From a virus (lineage: Duplodnaviria > Caudoviricetes), in IMG/VR virus record IMGVR_UViG_3300017988_000012, positions 1-37,168 of that record: a stretch of 37,168 nucleotides of DNA; one strand, given 5' to 3'. The translations under genes were made by a program, and so were the position numbers. Each line of letters opens with the position of its first letter. Position 1 is the first letter of the stretch. This document shows, in pieces, positions 1 through 8,198 of this stretch. The notes under the pieces were generated by a model. It had not been told where the DNA came from. It did no database searches and saw nothing but the letters and a program-made list of their open reading frames with translations.

Positions 1-70
1 ACTTTATGTTCCAAGCCATAAATTTTTGACTTAATTCAACTGGAGGATTTGGTCTGTTGTCTGATGACAT
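1..70 (-). CDS. 5' part of a 56-aa protein spanning the window junction (joins 37068..37168)
   Basis: ATG at 70; MSSDNRPNPPVELSQKFMAWNIK continues in frame into the window end (CLKAIAETF...DQIPF*). Confidence 0.6.
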   Translation of the reverse strand, partial: MSSDNRPNPPVELSQKFMAWNIK

Positions 71-77
71 AAACTCT

Positions 78-317
78 CTACTTTTTGTTCTTTGTTTTTT
101 TGATCTTCTTCTCTTCTAATGAGGCGATCTTCTTCCTCTTCTTAGCGAACGAGAAAGATATTTTTGCCTCTCTAGCACTATCCTCGGCCATTTCTGGCTT
201 ATGTTCTTTCTGTTCTTCCTTCTCTTTTTTCAACGCGTACTTGCCTTCTTTTCGAGCAAGGGTTGAGTACATCTTTTGGCGCTTTATGACTCCCCGAATG
301 TCCGATGCTTTTCTCAT
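78..317 (-). CDS. small Lys/Glu-rich basic protein
   Basis: 79-aa ORF in a tightly packed minus-strand operon. Confidence 0.65.
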   Translation of the reverse strand: MRKASDIRGVIKRQKMYSTLARKEGKYALKKEKEEQKEHKPEMAEDSAREAKISFSFAKKRKKIASLEEKKIKKTKNKK

Positions 318-450
318 TTTTCTCTAAATCTTCTCCTAGTCTAATTTTCAAATCTATGATTGATGCAAATAAGGAGATCAATGCAGTGTTTATAAAACTA
401 AGCATGTCTAAAACAATATTTACATCAATTTTTTCTTCCTTTTTTTTCAT
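199..450 (-). CDS. hypothetical protein with one hydrophobic segment
   Basis: ATGA overlap with the upstream ORF, RBS GAGGA; 3' end overlaps the next ORF. Confidence 0.55.
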   Translation of the reverse strand: MKKKEEKIDVNIVLDMLSFINTALISLFASIIDLKIRLGEDLEKNEKSIGHSGSHKAPKDVLNPCSKRRQVRVEKREGRTERT

Positions 451-605
451 CGTCCTCGCCCTTTAGGTTTTGCGATTTTTGCTCCAGATTTACGTGCTGT
501 AGAAAGTGCGGCAGCGACAGCTTGACGTCTCGGATGGCCACTCTCCACCATTTCTGAAATATTCTCTGATATGATCTTCTTGCTCTTACCTTTGTGTAGA
601 GGCAT
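447..605 (-). CDS. small basic phage protein (52 aa)
   Basis: Not in ORF track; [52 protein letters not shown]; RBS AGGAG; resembles a small basic protein type common near phage head genes. Confidence 0.75.
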   Translation of the reverse strand: MPLHKGKSKKIISENISEMVESGHPRRQAVAAALSTARKSGAKIAKPKGRGR

Positions 606-780
606 TTTCTTCACTCCTTATTGCTAGGCGTACGCCTATGTTAAAAATCTCATCATTCATCTCGAAAAGGGACGACACAATTCGATTGTTTTGAATCAGT
701 GCCATTTCCTTTTTGCTCAGGACTATCTCTATGAACGTCTCCCCATCCACGATCTCGTGAATAATATTCATCTTCTTCAA
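586..780 (-). CDS. hypothetical protein
   Basis: 64-aa ORF overlapping the RusA tail; real start may be internal. Confidence 0.45.
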   Translation of the reverse strand: MKKMNIIHEIVDGETFIEIVLSKKEMALIQNNRIVSSLFEMNDEIFNIGVRLAIRSEENASTQR

Positions 781-1237
781 GCTCTTTTATTTCATCTAAT
801 TCATCTTTTTTAATATTTAACTCAAAAGGTTTAATACGAATCATTGTTGAAGGAGATAAACAATATACCTTTCTCAGGTATAGGGTTGAAATTTGTGCAT
901 CATCTTCAAATATTAAATTGTTCATACAATCTAAGATAAATTTGGCTAGGTTATCTACGTCAGGCCGTTTGAAATGATGAATCATGTCATTCAGCATTTG
1001 CGTTCTGATTGGCGAAGATACTGACTTAGGCACAGGCATTCTGAATGTGATATCAACCAGCAATGGGACAGTGTAGATCTCGTTCTTGAATTGGCTTCTC
1101 AGTTGCCATCGGACCATTTCTTTTTCTTTTTTCTGCCTGTCATAAACTACAGTTATTTTTTTTCCTTCAACTGTCATCATTTTATGACCAGGCCTTTTCC
1201 ATGGTATTGGAGGGCCATCTACTTCAAGGAAGATCAT
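653..1237 (-). CDS. rusA: RusA-family Holliday junction resolvase
   Basis: Motifs RPDVDNLAKFILDCMN, IFEDDAQI; ATG 1237 preceded by GAGGAG. Confidence 0.9.
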   Translation of the reverse strand: MIFLEVDGPPIPWKRPGHKMMTVEGKKITVVYDRQKKEKEMVRWQLRSQFKNEIYTVPLLVDITFRMPVPKSVSSPIRTQMLNDMIHHFKRPDVDNLAKFILDCMNNLIFEDDAQISTLYLRKVYCLSPSTMIRIKPFELNIKKDELDEIKELEEDEYYSRDRGWGDVHRDSPEQKGNGTDSKQSNCVVPFRDE

Positions 1238-1308
1238 ATGTCTCCTCAACATTAGTTTTGCCAACACATATGTGATGCAGATATTTTACACAACATTTTT
1301 TTCCCAGA

Positions 1309-1343
1309 AGATGTTGCATATAAATCCATTCATCGCATATGAT
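1309..1343 (+). promoter_or_regulatory. sigma70-type promoter of the exonuclease/bet operon
   Basis: TTGCAT(1314)-18-TATGAT(1338); 18 bp identical to the inverted copy at 5563-5580. Confidence 0.6.
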
Positions 1344-1376
1344 TTCATCGCGACACATAAAACAAGTGAGGAAAAA

Positions 1377-1964
1377 ATGGAAGAAGTAATACGACCGGGC
1401 TATACGAGAGTGACAGACATTCTCAGGCCGTGGAATAATCTAGAAGGCATTCCAAAAGATATCCTAGAAAGGAAAAGGATCATAGGAGTGAAGGTTCATG
1501 ATGCCATCAGGACATACTATGATGGGTTTCCAGTAGATGCTCTACAAAGTGATGTAGGGACATATTTTGATAGCTTCCTGGAATGGCAAAACGATGTCAA
1601 AGCCATCGCTGTCAAGACTGAAGAACGATACTATGATGACGTCCTGAAAATCACAGGGTGTGTTGATGCTCTACTTCGATTCCCTGAAGAAGATCAACTC
1701 GTGATGTTGGATTGGAAAACTTCTGCCTCATATACTAAAAAAATGGGCGTAACATGGGCTTTACAAGGCTGTTTCTACCATTATCTGATGATGCAAAATG
1801 ACATCCCCAATGTCAGCACTAAGTTCATTTTCTTGCAGCTCTCTCCTGAAGGAAAATATCCAAAGGTCAGAGAATTTGAGTACACAAGTGAAATGATGGC
1901 TGCATGTTGCTCCGCTGTCCAAATGCACAATCTTTACAATCCTTCGAAGGAGGAAAAATGTTGA
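1377..1964 (+). CDS. PD-(D/E)XK exonuclease
   Basis: YTRVTDIL...GVKVHDAI...ITGCVDAL...LDWKTS...WALQGCFY; ATG 1377 with GAGGA; upstream of annealing protein. Confidence 0.85.
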   Translation: MEEVIRPGYTRVTDILRPWNNLEGIPKDILERKRIIGVKVHDAIRTYYDGFPVDALQSDVGTYFDSFLEWQNDVKAIAVKTEERYYDDVLKITGCVDALLRFPEEDQLVMLDWKTSASYTKKMGVTWALQGCFYHYLMMQNDIPNVSTKFIFLQLSPEGKYPKVREFEYTSEMMAACCSAVQMHNLYNPSKEEKC

Positions 1965-2155
1965 TCAAAGTGAGACCAGACGAATATCAAGGACATAAGA
2001 TCTACAAATCTGATAGCCCATTCACTGACATGATCTGTGAGTTGACATTCAAGAAAAACAAGAATGTCACTCTTCGGATGCTCAGGTGTCTGCAGAAATA
2101 TGGATTCGAGATAGAAGGATGCTATGAAGGAGATTTAGTCAAACCTCAGAAATAA
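1958..2155 (+). CDS. hypothetical protein (65 aa)
   Basis: ATG 1958 with strong AAGGAGG, overlapping the exonuclease stop. Confidence 0.7.
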   Translation: MLIKVRPDEYQGHKIYKSDSPFTDMICELTFKKNKNVTLRMLRCLQKYGFEIEGCYEGDLVKPQK

Positions 2156-2191
2156 AAAACCCCATAGAAACTGTTGTGAGAATCTATGGGG
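2154..2191 (-). terminator. intrinsic terminator, antisense to the exo-bet operon
   Basis: CCCCATAGA(2160-68)/TCTATGGGG(2183-91) stem with a U6 tail on the minus strand. Confidence 0.55.
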
Positions 2192-2385
2192 AACTTCTAG
2201 GCCCTGGATGCGATCAAGGAGCCCGCGCAGATAGTATTCGATGCCATTATTTTCTGGCATCCATTTTTTCTGTCAGAGCTTCCTTTCTAATCGTATCTCC
2301 TAGGTCAAAAGATTTTGCTAGCGGTGTAAAAAAGAATGCACCATAAGAAAAACTAAACAAAAAATTTAGCTCAAGGAGAGCAAAA

Positions 2386-3222
2386 ATGACTTCAACTGCA
2401 ATAGCAATTATTGAAAAACAAGGATGGGACACGAAGCTCATCGATTACATCAGGGAAAATGTTTTGCCAAATGTGACTGATGAAGAGCTCCTGTTCTACT
2501 TCACCATGCACAAAAAGCTTGGTCTCGATCCTTTTATGAAAAATATCTGGGTCATCAGATATGGAGGAAAAAACCAATATGTCACATCGATCAAAGCCTT
2601 GCGAACCTTAGCAGATAGGAGTGGAAGATTCTTCCCATCTTCGAAGAAGACAGAGTTTGTATACGATGACAAAGGAAATCTCATCAGCGCGACCAAATAC
2701 ATCTGTAAACTTACGCCAAATGGAATCTTGGCTGAAGGATGTTCTACAGCAATGTGGGATAGCTTCGCTAAAGATGCTAGTGGGAAGCTCAAAGGAAGCT
2801 GCTGGAAAACTCATCCTGAGCTGATGCTTGAGAAATGTGCAGAGGCAAGATGCTTGCGAGAAAACTTTCCAGGAGAATGTGGCGATCTCTATATCGCTGA
2901 AGAGTTTGGAGGAACGCAGCCTGCCGCAGCCGAGACTGTTGAAGCTACTGTTCTCTCTCAGCAAGAAATCAATGAGTTGCGAGCTCCCGAAGTTAGGAAG
3001 TTAGGAAGTGAAGAACTTCAGAAGTTAGGAAGTGAAGTAGCCAAGAAAATGATGGATGACAGAGAAGTGAAGTGCGTGATCATGAAAAATGAGATGACAG
3101 AATTTTTGTCAGAGTGGCAAGATAGGAAGCCGCTCTTCCCTACGTTGGATAAATATCTGACGAGTGACAAGAAGAGTTTGCTCGATGCTTACATACGGTG
3201 GCAGGGAAAACGCGCCGCATAG
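2386..3222 (+). CDS. bet: Bet/RecT-family single-strand annealing protein
   Basis: LGLDPFMKNIWVI...SIKALRTLADRSG...WKTHPELMLEKCAEARCLRENFP...LYIAEE; RBS AAGGAG. Confidence 0.85.
   Translation: MTSTAIAIIEKQGWDTKLIDYIRENVLPNVTDEELLFYFTMHKKLGLDPFMKNIWVIRYGGKNQYVTSIKALRTLADRSGRFFPSSKKTEFVYDDKGNLISATKYICKLTPNGILAEGCSTAMWDSFAKDASGKLKGSCWKTHPELMLEKCAEARCLRENFPGECGDLYIAEEFGGTQPAAAETVEATVLSQQEINELRAPEVRKLGSEELQKLGSEVAKKMMDDREVKCVIMKNEMTEFLSEWQDRKPLFPTLDKYLTSDKKSLLDAYIRWQGKRAA
2989..3036. repeat. 8-bp-period array 1 (6 units)
   Basis: gaagttag gaagttag gaagtgaa gaacttca gaagttag gaagtgaa. Confidence 0.75.
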
Positions 3223-3242
3223 TTTATTAACCGTGATCTGCA

Positions 3243-3301
3243 GGTCCTTCTTTCTTTTTCTTTACCCCGAATACAAGGTTTAAGAGAGAAGGGCCTTTTT
3301 T
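3243..3301 (+). terminator. intrinsic terminator after bet
   Basis: 14-bp stem 3243-3256/3282-3295 (with GU pairs) followed by T6. Confidence 0.6.
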
Positions 3302-3418
3302 GGCCCATTATCCTGTCTCAGTTCAATTTTCTTTTTCAGTCGACCACTTACCCACTTACATCATAGATCGTTCAACTCAGCTCGATTCTGTGCGTCTAAT
3401 CGATATTTGGGAGGTAAT

Positions 3419-3555
3419 AAAAAAGGGCGGGGATTTCCGTGGAGGACGCCCCGCCCAAAATCCCCCTTGACTTTCAACTGGAGTTGAAATACAAATGGGG
3501 AAACATCTAAAAAATTGAGATAGAAGATCATGCTGGTCAGCTCTTCTTCTACCTC
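3419..3555. promoter_or_regulatory. structured leader of the replication gene
   Basis: Stems 3425-32/3449-56, alternative 3429-36/3458-65, 3472-78/3483-89, 3517-27/3545-55. Confidence 0.5.
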
Positions 3556-3572
3556 ACACAAGGAGACCGTCC

Positions 3573-4388
3573 ATGCCAAACTACTCAGACAGGAGATTGT
3601 CCATGCCAGGCTATTATAGAATCCTTCCCGAATATATTGCAACTCATACTTCACTCACCGCTGAAGAAAAACTTTTCTACAGTCTTCTTCACTCTCTCAT
3701 TTCCAAGTTTGGTTTCTGTTGGGCGTCGAACCAATATCTCGCAGAACTCACGCACACATGTGTAAGAACAGTGCAGCGATATATCAAAAAACTTGCCAAG
3801 CACAATCTCATCATCATCGAGCTAGAATGCTACAACGAGCGGAAAATTTGGACTCCGGAAACATGGGGCAATAGGGCCAATCTTCTGAAGGCATATGGAG
3901 AAGAAATCATAAATTCCTCAGAGAAATTCAATCAAAGATTTTATACCCATGACAACCGTGACATGGGGGGGATGACAGCCGTGTCACCATATAAGAAAGA
4001 GACTACTAAAAAAGAAAAACACAGAGAGGCTTGGCCCAAGCCACAGAAGCCCAAGTCATCGTTGGCAGCCAAGCCATCAGAGCATTCTTCGAATGGTCAG
4101 GATAAGCGACAGCTTCCACCTTCGATGCATGGTTCTCCGCCTACGCCTGGTCCCAAGAAAATGGTCGAGGACACAACAGAGATCTTGAAACAAGCCATGA
4201 AGATTGGATCGAAACATTTTCTCATCCACCCTCATGATTTTGCTTTCTTTTTTGGATTTTCTCCCTCTGTTCTCTCTGAGGCAATCTACCGAACCAATAT
4301 GGCATCACTCAATGGCAAAAGAATAGCGAACATTGTTGCATACATTTTCGAGAGATGTTGCGATGTCAGAAGAGAACAGAACGAATGA
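3573..4388 (+). CDS. HTH-domain phage replication initiator
   Basis: YYRILP...LTAEEKLFYSLLHSL...GFCWASNQYLAEL...VRTVQRYIKKL (HTH_36-like), low-complexity middle; second start at 3603. Confidence 0.8.
   Translation: MPNYSDRRLSMPGYYRILPEYIATHTSLTAEEKLFYSLLHSLISKFGFCWASNQYLAELTHTCVRTVQRYIKKLAKHNLIIIELECYNERKIWTPETWGNRANLLKAYGEEIINSSEKFNQRFYTHDNRDMGGMTAVSPYKKETTKKEKHREAWPKPQKPKSSLAAKPSEHSSNGQDKRQLPPSMHGSPPTPGPKKMVEDTTEILKQAMKIGSKHFLIHPHDFAFFFGFSPSVLSEAIYRTNMASLNGKRIANIVAYIFERCCDVRREQNE
3949..4076. repeat. iteron-like repeats inside the initiator gene (candidate origin)
   Basis: ATGACAACCGTGACAT (3949) / ATGACAGCCGTGTCAC (3972); three CCAAG(C/T)CA copies within 4034-4076. Confidence 0.45.
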
Positions 4389-4531
4389 AAAAATCTAAAA
4401 ATCCTCTCTGGCTTGAGAAAGCTATCATGAGTTTGGTGGTAGAGAGATTAAATAAAATAATTGACAATTGGAGAAATGATTTCGAAAAAATATTGCCTAA
4501 AAATGATAGAGGTAATATAATCTCGAGCTGA
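4385..4531 (+). CDS. hypothetical protein (48 aa)
   Basis: ATGA overlap with the initiator stop; MKKSKNPLWLEKAIMSLVVERLN... Confidence 0.5.
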   Translation: MKKSKNPLWLEKAIMSLVVERLNKIIDNWRNDFEKILPKNDRGNIISS

Positions 4532-4581
4532 TATAATGTTTTGTCAAAATAAAATTGATACAATTTTTGCCAGGAGCTCAG

Positions 4582-4764
4582 ATGCTCAGAAGTCTTCTGT
4601 TCCTATTTCTTTTCCTGGTCTCATTTTCCTTGGTTGCTGATGATGACCCTATTCCTGTCCTAGATTCAGGAGAGGTTTATGGGCATGTCTTGTATGATCC
4701 GGTCAAGGATTTGTATTACATTTATACAAAAGAGGGGTGGATAATTATGGAGGATAACACTTAA
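4582..4764 (+). CDS. small secreted protein, paralog A
   Basis: RBS AGGAG, signal peptide ending SLVA, motif YDPVKDLYYIYTKEGW. Confidence 0.7.
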   Translation: MLRSLLFLFLFLVSFSLVADDDPIPVLDSGEVYGHVLYDPVKDLYYIYTKEGWIIMEDNT

Positions 4765-5054
4765 TGATGAATTCACATAAGATTTTTCTTTTGTTTTCTA
4801 TTCTTCTTTTTCCAATATTTTTGATTGCAAGTAATCAAAAAGCAATTATAGACTTAGAAAGCAATCCAAATCCCATAGTTTATGATCCAGATAGAAATGT
4901 GTATTATATCTGGACTCCAGATGGGTGGGTTGAAGATGCTCTCGATTCAGAGATAGACGCACCTTTTCATGATCATTCTCAATGTCTCGAACCACTCGGA
5001 AATGGGCCTGGTGAACCAGATCCTAAGAACCAAGTGATCGAGATGACGAAATGA
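4764..5054 (+). CDS. small secreted protein, paralog B
   Basis: TAATG coupling, signal peptide, motif YDPDRNVYYIWTPDGW. Confidence 0.7.
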   Translation: MMNSHKIFLLFSILLFPIFLIASNQKAIIDLESNPNPIVYDPDRNVYYIWTPDGWVEDALDSEIDAPFHDHSQCLEPLGNGPGEPDPKNQVIEMTK

Positions 5055-5233
5055 TTATCCTTTCTTTCCATCTAGGAAGGTATCGTCATCGGTGTGATCA
5101 TCTCTCTCCGGCTGATTTTCTGTGACTTCTCTACTCAACGTCCAGTTATCGTTGAAATCATTTGAATCGGCTAAAGGTGCCATTCCTTCAGGTTTCATGG
5201 GCCGAAAAAATCCACCTATCTGTCCTGCATTCA

Positions 5234-5482
5234 TTATCCTACTCCTTTTCTATGGTGTTCTCTTGATTCAAGAATGACGATCTCGTGGCCCATCTTCTCG
5301 AGCCAGTTGAAGATCCTTTCTGCTCTTGTCTCTGTCAGAAAGTATGTCGAATCGCATGAGATAAAGTCCATCACTTCGTGAGCCAAGTCGTTTGCTGCCT
5401 CGTAGTAGAGTGTGCCAAAATTGCTGTGCTCTTCTCGAAATTTGATTGGATTCATATTTGCTCCTGATTTTTCCTGTTTCAT
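5234..5482 (-). CDS. hypothetical protein
   Basis: Likely start at internal MNPIKF (5455) after AGGAG. Confidence 0.55.
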   Translation of the reverse strand: MKQEKSGANMNPIKFREEHSNFGTLYYEAANDLAHEVMDFISCDSTYFLTETRAERIFNWLEKMGHEIVILESREHHRKGVG

Positions 5483-5545
5483 ACGGTCTAGAAGTTTTTT
5501 TGTACAGCCTTATTGGATTCATCCAATCTGGCTGCTACGGGTTAG

Positions 5546-5580
5546 ATTATATAGGATGGATAGATTTATATGCAACATCT
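5546..5580 (-). promoter_or_regulatory. promoter, duplicate of 1309-1343
   Basis: TTGCAT-18-TATAAT on the minus strand. Confidence 0.65.
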
Positions 5581-5610
5581 CTCTCGTTTTTTCTAAATAA
5601 AAATAATCTC

Positions 5611-5638
5611 TTGACAAATGTTCCTGTTTGCTTACACT
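5611..5638 (+). promoter_or_regulatory. promoter for the TerS-like gene
   Basis: TTGACA-16-TACACT. Confidence 0.55.
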
Positions 5639-5670
5639 GAAGAAAAACCTCTTGGAGGCTGTGTAGATAG

Positions 5671-6057
5671 ATGGTAGCTGGAAGGCCAAAAAAAGAACTT
5701 GATGTCGATATCTTGAGAGAATTAGCGAATATTCAATGCACCGACACTGAAATCGCCGCTGTTATGCGATGCGATGTTGCCACTTTAAAAAATTTCTCAG
5801 AGATAATAAAAGAAGGCAGAGACGAGGGAAAAACATCGCTTCGCAGAGCCCAATTCAAGAAGGCTCTGGAGGGTAATCCTGCGATGCTCATTTGGCTCGG
5901 CAAATTCTACCTTGGGCAGAAAGAAGAGATCAATTTCACGAGCTCCGAGCCTGACGTGAGGGCATTGCTGGAAAAATGGGAAGTCACAGCGAAGAAGAAA
6001 TCTGATTTTTCGAAGTTTGGGAAGCCTGAAAAGCCTACTGATGCTGTAAATTCTTAG
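5671..6057 (+). CDS. terminase small subunit-like HTH protein
   Basis: GRPKKELD...CTDTEIAAVM...GKTSLRRAQFKKALEGNPAMLIWLGKFYLGQKE pattern; RBS GGAGG. Confidence 0.75.
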   Translation: MVAGRPKKELDVDILRELANIQCTDTEIAAVMRCDVATLKNFSEIIKEGRDEGKTSLRRAQFKKALEGNPAMLIWLGKFYLGQKEEINFTSSEPDVRALLEKWEVTAKKKSDFSKFGKPEKPTDAVNS

Positions 6058-6283
6058 TAGTTTCTTTAATGATTTCTTTAGTTAATACTGCTAATTCTTC
6101 CGCATATTTTTCATCTTTATTATAAAACATAAAAATAGTTGCTGCGGCTACTGTAGCAATTGAAGTCATAATAATACATCCAACATCTTCGGGCGTCATT
6201 GAAATAAACCTTGTTAAATCGACTGCCTCGCCCAGCTTTTTACTTAATTCTCTTGCTTCTTCAGCGATCTGTTTCTCGTCCAT
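6035..6283 (-). CDS. hypothetical protein
   Basis: 82 aa, RBS GAGG, abuts upstream gene. Confidence 0.65.
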   Translation of the reverse strand: MDEKQIAEEARELSKKLGEAVDLTRFISMTPEDVGCIIMTSIATVAAATIFMFYNKDEKYAEELAVLTKEIIKETTKNLQHQ

Positions 6284-6532
6284 CTATACCTCTTTTCCTA
6301 TTTCAATTCTTTTCCCACAGTCAGAACAGAAATAGCCTCCGATTCTGTCTGTATCCCAATCATACATCCCTACAATCCTAGAAAACTGGCAAGGCTTGTC
6401 TTTTTCCCATCCATATTCTGCCGCTTCTTCTAGAGCCTTTTCCGTGTCCCCATATTCCTTGAGGAAATACTCAAAAATGTCTCCATCATCCAAGAGGACA
6501 CCACAATGAGGGCAATGGCTTGGAAAATTCAT
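6284..6532 (-). CDS. Zn-ribbon protein
   Basis: CPHC...CSDC pairs. Confidence 0.7.
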   Translation of the reverse strand: MNFPSHCPHCGVLLDDGDIFEYFLKEYGDTEKALEEAAEYGWEKDKPCQFSRIVGMYDWDTDRIGGYFCSDCGKRIEIGKEV

Positions 6533-7038
6533 TTTTGTCCATTTGCTTTCTCTTTTCTAGCTATTTGCCGAATTTCTTCTTTCTTTTGTTTCAATAATCT
6601 TTTCATCCATCCATTAGATGGCTTTTTTGGGATTGCATCACCATTGACAACAAAGACCTTCCCAACGATCTTATTTCTGGCAGGCTTGTCAGTCCCTTCA
6701 ACATGTGCCCAATAAGCATATGGCTCAAGATCTTCTTTCACCTTGATTTTGAGATAGAAATATTTGCCTGAATGTATTGGTTCTGATTCTTCGTCTAGAT
6801 TTTCAGGCGTACCGGGAATGAAATATGGATCATTAGGAACTTTTTCTTCGACGATGATCTCTGTTCCAACTGGCATGTAAAAACTTTCTACTGATAAAGA
6901 CGGAAGGCCTTCAGTACACCAATAAGGAGTTTTATATTCAAACTCGTCATCTTTCATTTCAATCTTTCCTGCCTTTTTTTCAGCTTTCTGAGTTCGTTTA
7001 GCATTGCGATGCCCTTTCTTTTTCCTCTCCTGATGCAT
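6529..7038 (-). CDS. hypothetical protein
   Basis: ATGA overlap with next gene; start uncertain (possibly internal MKDDEF). Confidence 0.6.
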   Translation of the reverse strand: MHQERKKKGHRNAKRTQKAEKKAGKIEMKDDEFEYKTPYWCTEGLPSLSVESFYMPVGTEIIVEEKVPNDPYFIPGTPENLDEESEPIHSGKYFYLKIKVKEDLEPYAYWAHVEGTDKPARNKIVGKVFVVNGDAIPKKPSNGWMKRLLKQKKEEIRQIARKEKANGQK

Positions 7039-7108
7039 GACTCGAACATGCGACCGATTGATTAACAGTCAATTGCTCTCCCAGCTGAGCTAATCAGGAT
7101 TGTTTTTT

Positions 7109-7468
7109 CTATGCAATCTCAGACATATATATCGATAAATTATCTTGGACGTGCTTACTGAATAATTTCCATATTTGCTTCATGTCTTTTCCCTCACTCG
7201 CCAATTCTCCAAAGAACTGACTTGTGAGTAGCTCTATTGCATTAAGCTGTGCTATCTCCTCTATCTCCTCTAAACCATCTTCTTCAAGACATCCTGACCA
7301 TCTTGCAGTATTGAAGTGATGCAACAGCTCACAACATCGTCGCTCACCGAGCATTCTTATGTCTTTTTCCATTAGCAATGAAAACCTTATGCATACATAG
7401 GGATTAAACTGTGGGTTGGGGCTCACTCTCAATCTCCCTAACTTCGGAAGTTGGCAAGTCAGGAACAT
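7109..7468 (-). CDS. hypothetical protein
   Basis: Real start probably internal (MEKDIRML). Confidence 0.5.
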   Translation of the reverse strand: MFLTCQLPKLGRLRVSPNPQFNPYVCIRFSLLMEKDIRMLGERRCCELLHHFNTARWSGCLEEDGLEEIEEIAQLNAIELLTSQFFGELASEGKDMKQIWKLFSKHVQDNLSIYMSEIA

Positions 7469-7778
7469 CAGGAGATGCTAAGTAGCTAACTTCGTCAGTT
7501 CCATCAAGATCTACGAGGTATTGGTCCAGCATTTCAATGTGCTGAGAGAGGATAGAAAAAGTCTTCGCTTTTTCCCCTCCAAGTGACGAGACGATAGAGA
7601 TTGTTATATCGAAGAGAGCTTTCATTACAGCTGTGGCCTCTTTGGCAGCATTCTTCTCGTCTAGTTCTCGTTCTGCTAGCACCTTGTTGAAGGTCTCTAA
7701 GACTGCCGTGAGATACACTGAAGATCTCATGACAACTTTCTTTGTCTCTTCATCACTCAAAATCTGGGAGGACGTCAT
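7404..7778 (-). CDS. hypothetical helical protein
   Basis: 124-aa ORF in the minus-strand operon. Confidence 0.65.
   Translation of the reverse strand: MTSSQILSDEETKKVVMRSSVYLTAVLETFNKVLAERELDEKNAAKEATAVMKALFDITISIVSSLGGEKAKTFSILSQHIEMLDQYLVDLDGTDEVSYLASPDVPDLPTSEVREIESEPQPTV
7439..7502. repeat. 8-bp-period array 2 (8 units)
   Basis: taacttcg gaagttgg caagtcag gaacatca ggagatgc taagtagc taacttcg tcagttcc. Confidence 0.6.
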
Positions 7779-8001
7779 CTGCTTTCTCCATAAACGTTTT
7801 TTCGTCTATTTTACACCATCGCTTGATGTTCTTGATGTCTTCTTTATCACGGATTCTAAGATAGCAAAAAATTCCTGTGGTCTTTCCTTTCCATTCGACC
7901 AGAATTATCTCTCCCTCCACTGGTGGATACACCTCAGGACAGCGCCACAGCAATGATTCTAGCAGATTGTTAAAGGATGGATTTTCTGAATTTTCTTCCA
8001 T
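7753..8001 (-). CDS. hypothetical protein
   Basis: 82-aa ORF overlapping both neighbours. Confidence 0.6.
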   Translation of the reverse strand: MEENSENPSFNNLLESLLWRCPEVYPPVEGEIILVEWKGKTTGIFCYLRIRDKEDIKNIKRWCKIDEKTFMEKADDVLPDFE

Positions 8002-8198
8002 GTTATCAATCCTTTGATAGCTAACACCGTGTAGACCAAAAATAGCAGGCTGAGCGCATATTGCTCAATCTGAAAATTGATGACTGAGAAAGCAATATCG
8101 GTGATGATCCACCAGTAAAATCCTTGCCTCTGTCCTTTGGCATTAAGCCATGTGCCGTAGAGAGCGATTCCTGTAAAAATCCAGGTTAGAATAGACAT
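7959..8198 (-). CDS. PnuC-like 3-TM mini-transporter
   Basis: Three TM helices; GTWLNAK...GFYWWIITDI...AIKGLITW resembles one PnuC repeat; RBS AAGGAG. Confidence 0.65.
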   Translation of the reverse strand: MSILTWIFTGIALYGTWLNAKGQRQGFYWWIITDIAFSVINFQIEQYALSLLFLVYTVLAIKGLITWKKIQKIHPLTIC

